NCBI GenBank assembly: GCA_050309605.1
Contig: JBNRMN010000033.1
Span: 160,001-224,000, forward strand
Direction of reading: 5' to 3'
Length of the DNA stretch: 64,000 nucleotides
Origin: Anaerohalosphaeraceae bacterium
Lineage (GTDB): Bacteria; Planctomycetota; Phycisphaerae; Sedimentisphaerales; Anaerohalosphaeraceae
The position numbers and the translations under genes are program-made. Below the pieces are notes generated by a model. That model saw only the letters and a list, made by a program, of their open reading frames with translations, did not search any database and was not told the origin of the DNA. Shown here one piece after another: positions 59,429-64,000 of this stretch. The first letter of the stretch is position 1. Every line of letters begins with the position of its first letter.

Positions 59429-60955
59429 TTACAGGTACACCTTGTCCATCAGTCGGGGGAAGGCGATGCATTGGCGAATATGGCGCTGTCCAGTGAGCCA
59501 GGCAACGGTGCGTTCGACGCCCAGGCCGAATCCGCCGTGCGGTACGGAGCCGTATTTGCGCAAATCCAGATACCAGGCGTAGTCGTCGGGGCTATAGCCT
59601 TCTTCGTTGATGCGGGCCAGCAGGCAGTCGTAGTCGTCTTCACGCATTGAGCCGCCGATGATTTCGCCGAAGCCCTGCGGCGCGAGCAGATCGAAATTCT
59701 CCACGACCTTCGGATTGCTTCGGTCGGTTTTCATATAAAAGGCCTTGGCCTGACGCGGGTAGTGCGTGACAAAGACCGGCTTGTCGTGCATCAGTGAGAT
59801 GATGGTTTCGTCCGAGCCGCCCAGGTCTTTGCCCCACTGGAACCCGGCGGCCAGCTCGGCGTGTTTGGGGTTGTTTTCGATTTTGGTCTCCAGCTCGGCG
59901 ATCTCGCTGCGGAGTTCGGGGATGCGCCGGGCATTTTTTTCCTGCTGCCATTTCTTCAGGCCGCCTTTCTTATCCGCTGCCTCGATCTGGGCCAGTTCGG
60001 CTTCCAGTGCGGCCTTTTGTCTCTTAAACCCTTCGAGCTGTTCGGCCAGAAACCGCTGCGTTTGCTCGCTGGTCAGGATCTCGGCCGCTTCGGTATAGGT
60101 CAGCCGCACAAACGGCGGGGTGATTTTTTCCAGGCCGGCAATGTCCGCTCCCAATTCTTCCAGTTCCGTACGATTGTCCTTCAGTACGCGGGCAAGGAGG
60201 CTTGAGATGCAGTTTTCAGCCAATTCAAGCAGTTCCGGCAGATCGATAAAGGCCACTTCCGGTTCGACCATCCAGAACTCGGTCAGGTGGCGGCGGGTTT
60301 TGCTTTTTTCGGCGCGGAAGGTCGGGCCGAAGCAATAGACCTTGCCGAAACTCATCGCAGCGCTTTCAAGATAGAGCTGTCCGGTCTGGGTCAGATACAT
60401 CGGCTGGCCGAAGTAATCGACGGCAAAGAGAGTTTGTTCTCCTTCGCCGGCGGCGGCGGTGAAGATGGGCGTATCGATCAGCGTAAAGCCGTTGTCGTTG
60501 AAAAAACGGCGGACGGCGTCGATGATGGTGTGGCGAATCCGCATCGTACACCATGGCTTTCGGCTGCGCAGGTGCAGGTGGCGATTGCGCATCAGAAACT
60601 CCACCCCGTGTTCTTTGGGCGTGATGGGGTAATCCGTCGTCGCACAGATCGCCGTCGCGTCCGTTACCGCCAGTTCCACGCCGCCCGGCGAGCGCGGCTC
60701 GGCCCGCACCGTGCCGGTGACTGTCAGCGACGACTCCTGGCCCAGCCGTTTGACGGCCTCGAAGAGATCTTCGCTGAGGGTGGTTTTTTCAAAGACGCAT
60801 TGGCATAATCCCGTGCCATCGCGAAGAACGACAAATTGCAGCTTGCCGGCAACGCGATGATGATAGACCCATCCGGCAAGCGTTACATTGTTTCCAACAT
60901 ATTCGCGGAGTTGACCAATGGTTGTTTTTACTGCATCTGTCATAGAGTTATCCAC
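59429..60955 (-). CDS. asnS: Asparagine--tRNA ligase
   Basis: LRDGTG, YLTQTGQLY, FRAEKSKTRRHLTEFWMVEPE, YGSVPHGGFGLGVER; start 60955 or 60943. Confidence 0.96.
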   Translation of the reverse strand: MDNSMTDAVKTTIGQLREYVGNNVTLAGWVYHHRVAGKLQFVVLRDGTGLCQCVFEKTTLSEDLFEAVKRLGQESSLTVTGTVRAEPRSPGGVELAVTDATAICATTDYPITPKEHGVEFLMRNRHLHLRSRKPWCTMRIRHTIIDAVRRFFNDNGFTLIDTPIFTAAAGEGEQTLFAVDYFGQPMYLTQTGQLYLESAAMSFGKVYCFGPTFRAEKSKTRRHLTEFWMVEPEVAFIDLPELLELAENCISSLLARVLKDNRTELEELGADIAGLEKITPPFVRLTYTEAAEILTSEQTQRFLAEQLEGFKRQKAALEAELAQIEAADKKGGLKKWQQEKNARRIPELRSEIAELETKIENNPKHAELAAGFQWGKDLGGSDETIISLMHDKPVFVTHYPRQAKAFYMKTDRSNPKVVENFDLLAPQGFGEIIGGSMREDDYDCLLARINEEGYSPDDYAWYLDLRKYGSVPHGGFGLGVERTVAWLTGQRHIRQCIAFPRLMDKVYL

Positions 60956-61805
60956 CGCATTCTTGATTCACATGTGTTTTAATATATCGGACTACCGCGT
61001 CGTCGTCGTTGGGGCCGATGATGTGATCGGCGTGCTGTTTGACGATGGGTTCAGCGTTGGCCACGGCGACGGCGCAGCCGGCCAGTTGGAACATCTTGAT
61101 GTCGTTGATGTGATCGCCGAAGACCGTCAGTTGTTTGGATGAAAAGCCTTCCAGCTCCATCAGTGTTCGCAATGCTTTGGATTTGCACGCTTTTTGGTCG
61201 TGGATGGTCAGCCACCAGTGGTCGGTGCGGTAGGGGTTTTCAAAGAGGAAATTTTCCATTTTGCCCGGATACCGCTCGGCCATCAAACTCGCCAGTGCGG
61301 TCACCTTCTCCCGCGGCCCCATCACCGCAAACGCAATGACTTTATCTTTGAGTGCGTCGGTTAATTTTGCAATCTGTCTCAATCGCCGGTCATTTTCGAG
61401 TTTGAGAATATCATGATACCACTGCATTTCTGGGTTAATCAGTTTTTCCCAGTACAAACAGTCCTCATCTCCATTATGCGTTACCACAAACGGCAGCAGT
61501 CCCTCATTCAGGATATGCGCATAAATCGTCGCCGCAAAGGCCCCGTCCAGATGATTGATGACCAGGTGCCGCCCGGTCGCATAGTCGGTCAGATACGCCC
61601 CGTTGACCGCAATCACCGGCAGCCGCAGCGGCAAATCGCCCAGGATCGGCGTCATCTCCGCCCACGCCCGCGCACTGGCCACGGTAAACCGCACCCCTTC
61701 GGCCAGCAATTGACGCAGCGTTTTTTTGCTGTACTCCGACAGCCGCCCGGCCGTCTGCAGGAGCGTCCCGTCCATATCTGTAACAAATATTTCGCTATTA
61801 TTCAT
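60948..61805 (-). CDS. Cof-type HAD hydrolase
   Basis: DMDGTLL, TVASAR, K motif, FGDHIND. Confidence 0.92.
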   Translation of the reverse strand: MNNSEIFVTDMDGTLLQTAGRLSEYSKKTLRQLLAEGVRFTVASARAWAEMTPILGDLPLRLPVIAVNGAYLTDYATGRHLVINHLDGAFAATIYAHILNEGLLPFVVTHNGDEDCLYWEKLINPEMQWYHDILKLENDRRLRQIAKLTDALKDKVIAFAVMGPREKVTALASLMAERYPGKMENFLFENPYRTDHWWLTIHDQKACKSKALRTLMELEGFSSKQLTVFGDHINDIKMFQLAGCAVAVANAEPIVKQHADHIIGPNDDDAVVRYIKTHVNQECGG

Positions 61806-61866
61806 TTTTTTCTTTTCTTTGCCGCAGAGGACACAAAGAACATAGAGGTCAATTGATGTAATCTGT

Positions 61867-63021
61867 TCAGTATTCAGGAAAATTTTGAATAAACCAATCC
61901 AGATTGCATGAGACAACCTTGCCGTTGTCGAGATTGTCTGTTGTACGGCTGATCAGAATCCGGCGCGAGGCCTCGATCAGGTCGGCGGCTTTGTTCAGTT
62001 TTTGTATGGCCGACAGGTCAGGGGCACTGGTCAATTTAATCTCTATCGCCCATTTTTCCCTTCCGAAATCCAGCACAAGATCGATCTCATAGCCGTCATT
62101 GGTGCGAAGAAAATAGGGCGTAAATGTGATGTCTCGCAATTTCAGCGCGTTGATCGCCTGTTCGATGACAAATCCTTCCCAGCTTGCGCCGACCCAGGGC
62201 GCCGACAGCAGGTCGTCTTCGTTCTGCACGTTCAGCAGCGAATGCAGCAGGCCGCTGTCGCGCCAGTACAGCTTGGGGCTTTTGACCAGTCGTTTTTTCA
62301 GGTTTGAAAAATACGGCTGAAGCTGACGAATCAAAAACGCCCCTTCCAGATACCCCAGATAGCTCTTGACTGTTTTATAGGAAATATCCAGGCTCTTTCC
62401 CAACTGTGAGGCGTTCAGCGTCTGGCCGTGCACCGCCGCGATCATTTTCAGCAGCCGTTGCGTCGTCTGCGGCTCGGCGGGCAGTCCCCACAGCGGCAGA
62501 TCACGGAACACAAGCAAATCCAGATAATGTTGCTGCCATCGAAGATACTGATCGGCCTCCAGAATCCCGCCGTTGGGATAGCCGCCAAAGAGCCAAAGAT
62601 GCTGCCGCTGCGGTTCGGACAGTTCCTCCCACGTAAACGGTGTCAGTTCCAGCACAGCCATCCGCCCGGCCAGCGACTCGGAGACCTGCCGCATCAACGC
62701 CGGCGAGACCGACCCGATCAGCAAAAACCGCCCGTTGCGCCGGCGATCCTTATCAATCGCTCCTCGCAGACGTTTGAACACGTCCGGCCATTCGTGGGTC
62801 TCATCCAGAATGACCAACTCGGTCTGTGCCATCAGGCTATCCCACCGCAAATCAAGGTTTACCCTGTCCGGGTCCTGTTCTAAATCAAAATAAATCCCAC
62901 CCAGTAATTGTGCAAAAGTTGTTTTTCCACACTGGCGAGGGCCAAGAAGGGTAACAGCCGGAAATGTCTTAAGCCTTTTAAGTACAACGTTTTGTATTTT
63001 TCTATCCAGCATTTCTTGCAT
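61867..63021 (-). CDS. AAA_14 ATPase with DUF4143 and C-terminal PD-(D/E)xK-like motif
   Basis: GPRQCGKTT, LDE, ESLAGR, GGYP, KSPKLYWRDSGL, EIDLV...IEIK. Confidence 0.92.
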   Translation of the reverse strand: MQEMLDRKIQNVVLKRLKTFPAVTLLGPRQCGKTTFAQLLGGIYFDLEQDPDRVNLDLRWDSLMAQTELVILDETHEWPDVFKRLRGAIDKDRRRNGRFLLIGSVSPALMRQVSESLAGRMAVLELTPFTWEELSEPQRQHLWLFGGYPNGGILEADQYLRWQQHYLDLLVFRDLPLWGLPAEPQTTQRLLKMIAAVHGQTLNASQLGKSLDISYKTVKSYLGYLEGAFLIRQLQPYFSNLKKRLVKSPKLYWRDSGLLHSLLNVQNEDDLLSAPWVGASWEGFVIEQAINALKLRDITFTPYFLRTNDGYEIDLVLDFGREKWAIEIKLTSAPDLSAIQKLNKAADLIEASRRILISRTTDNLDNGKVVSCNLDWFIQNFPEY

Positions 63022-63107
63022 TTTAGAAATCAATTTCTATTTTGCAAGACTTTTTTCCAGGCTGTGATAAAGCAACGGCTTATTTCTGTGTTGTCTGTGG
63101 TTTTGGA

Positions 63108-63788
63108 CTATTCCTGCGGCAGGCGGGACAGGTCCACGTCCGAGCCGGCGACCATTAAGATGTCATCGGCATAGACGGGTGTTTCGGGCATCGGGACGTT
63201 GATGACGCGATCTTCGTCTTCTTTGACGTTGTCTTCGCTGCGTTTGATGGCCACGAGATTGACGTTATATTTTTGCCGAAGCTGCAAGTCCATCACGGTT
63301 TTGTTATGGAAAGAGGCCGGCGCCTTGACGCGGGCCAGGCTGTAGCCGGGGGCAAAGTCGATTTTTTCCTCGATGTGCGGCGCGATCAGCCGATAGGCCC
63401 AGCGCTGGGCGGTTTCGATTTCGGGATAAATGACCTCGGTCGCGCCGACGGCGCTGAAGACCTGTCCGGCGGTCAGATTGGCTGCGCGCGCGTAAATCTG
63501 CGGAACGCCCATCTGTTTGAGGTTGACCACCGTCAAAATCGCTGACTCAAAGGCGCGGCCGCGTTCGCCCATCCCGACGATGGCCACATCGGCCTTATCG
63601 ACGCCCTGTGCGCGCATGGCTTCTTCATCGGTGCTGTCCAGACGTACGGCATGGCTGACCTGATCACGGATGTCCTCGACGATATCTCGGTCTTTGTCAA
63701 TCGCAATCACGTCCGCTCCGCTCATTGCCAGGGCAATCGCCAGTTTCTTGCCGAATCGGCCCAAGCCGATGACCACAAATCGCTTCAT
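63108..63788 (-). CDS. trkA: Potassium uptake RCK subunit TrkA/KtrA
   Basis: VIGLGRFG, TrkA_N and TrkA_C domains. Confidence 0.93.
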   Translation of the reverse strand: MKRFVVIGLGRFGKKLAIALAMSGADVIAIDKDRDIVEDIRDQVSHAVRLDSTDEEAMRAQGVDKADVAIVGMGERGRAFESAILTVVNLKQMGVPQIYARAANLTAGQVFSAVGATEVIYPEIETAQRWAYRLIAPHIEEKIDFAPGYSLARVKAPASFHNKTVMDLQLRQKYNVNLVAIKRSEDNVKEDEDRVINVPMPETPVYADDILMVAGSDVDLSRLPQE

Positions 63789-63899
63789 AAGCCTATCCAG
63801 TTCAAAAAAATATCAATATGCCAATCTCGCAACCACGCACGCCTCCGCCGAAGGCGGATTTGCCATTTTGATTTTTAATGTTTCAACTTTGATTGATTG

Positions 63900-64000
63900 T
63901 TATCCTACCATCAGCGGCTCGGATGGATAATCATATCCGGCCGGTTTGACGTTGAACATCAGCGCCGCCAGCAAGGTCAGCGGGCCGAGACGTCCGATGA
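63900..64000 (-). CDS. trkH: Potassium uptake membrane subunit TrkH/KtrB, C-terminal end (partial)
   Basis: IGRLGPLTL...YPSEPLMVG-stop; upstream of trkA. Confidence 0.88.
   Translation of the reverse strand, partial: IGRLGPLTLLAALMFNVKPAGYDYPSEPLMVG

Noticed and set aside
63841..63860. TCCGCCGAAGGCGGA hairpin between trkH and trkA
   Set aside because: Single short palindrome in the window; insufficient to call an element

Overview
About 58% GC by eye, mostly housekeeping, and probably from a planctomycete of class Phycisphaerae (Sedimentisphaerales-like). The lineage is inferred from a dockerin-like C-terminal tag, a planctomycete-type ERR-repeat protein and gene order. Contents in order: uvrA 3' end; tRNA-Gln(TTG)-glmU-prs-rplY-pth-rpsF-ssb-rpsR-rplI-dnaB; bamA-skp-lpxD-lpxC/fabZ-lpxA plus a GnnA-like oxidoreductase; a DUF711 protein; an MNT-HEPN pair; ribBA; an ECF sigma/anti-sigma pair; a GH65-like enzyme; rnpB; a trpEGDFBA operon with a leader-peptide attenuator; a TRAP transporter with a Usp; groES-groEL; rpmE-prfA; cls; ppdK; ldhA; csp; rpmA; rsmE; asnS; and trkA/trkH. 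The two strongest observations are a 77-aa bacterial histone-fold protein with a 21-residue N-terminal tail of Met plus 10 Lys and 10 Ala (28668-28901), and an oversized (~555 nt) RNase P RNA whose P3 and P19 helices are both ~100-bp hairpins bounded by the same 15-bp inverted repeat, plus an extra helix before P18. Also notable: an archaeal-type NMP-kinase/nucleoside-deoxyribosyltransferase fusion after prfA, a secreted IdeS/Mac-like cysteine protease with a dockerin-like tail, a GlmU lacking its acetyltransferase core, an apparently leaderless Trp-Trp attenuator peptide, two small ORFs with RGPP/KAPP motifs, and REP-like and heptamer repeats. All family calls come from motif recognition by eye; no searches were run.
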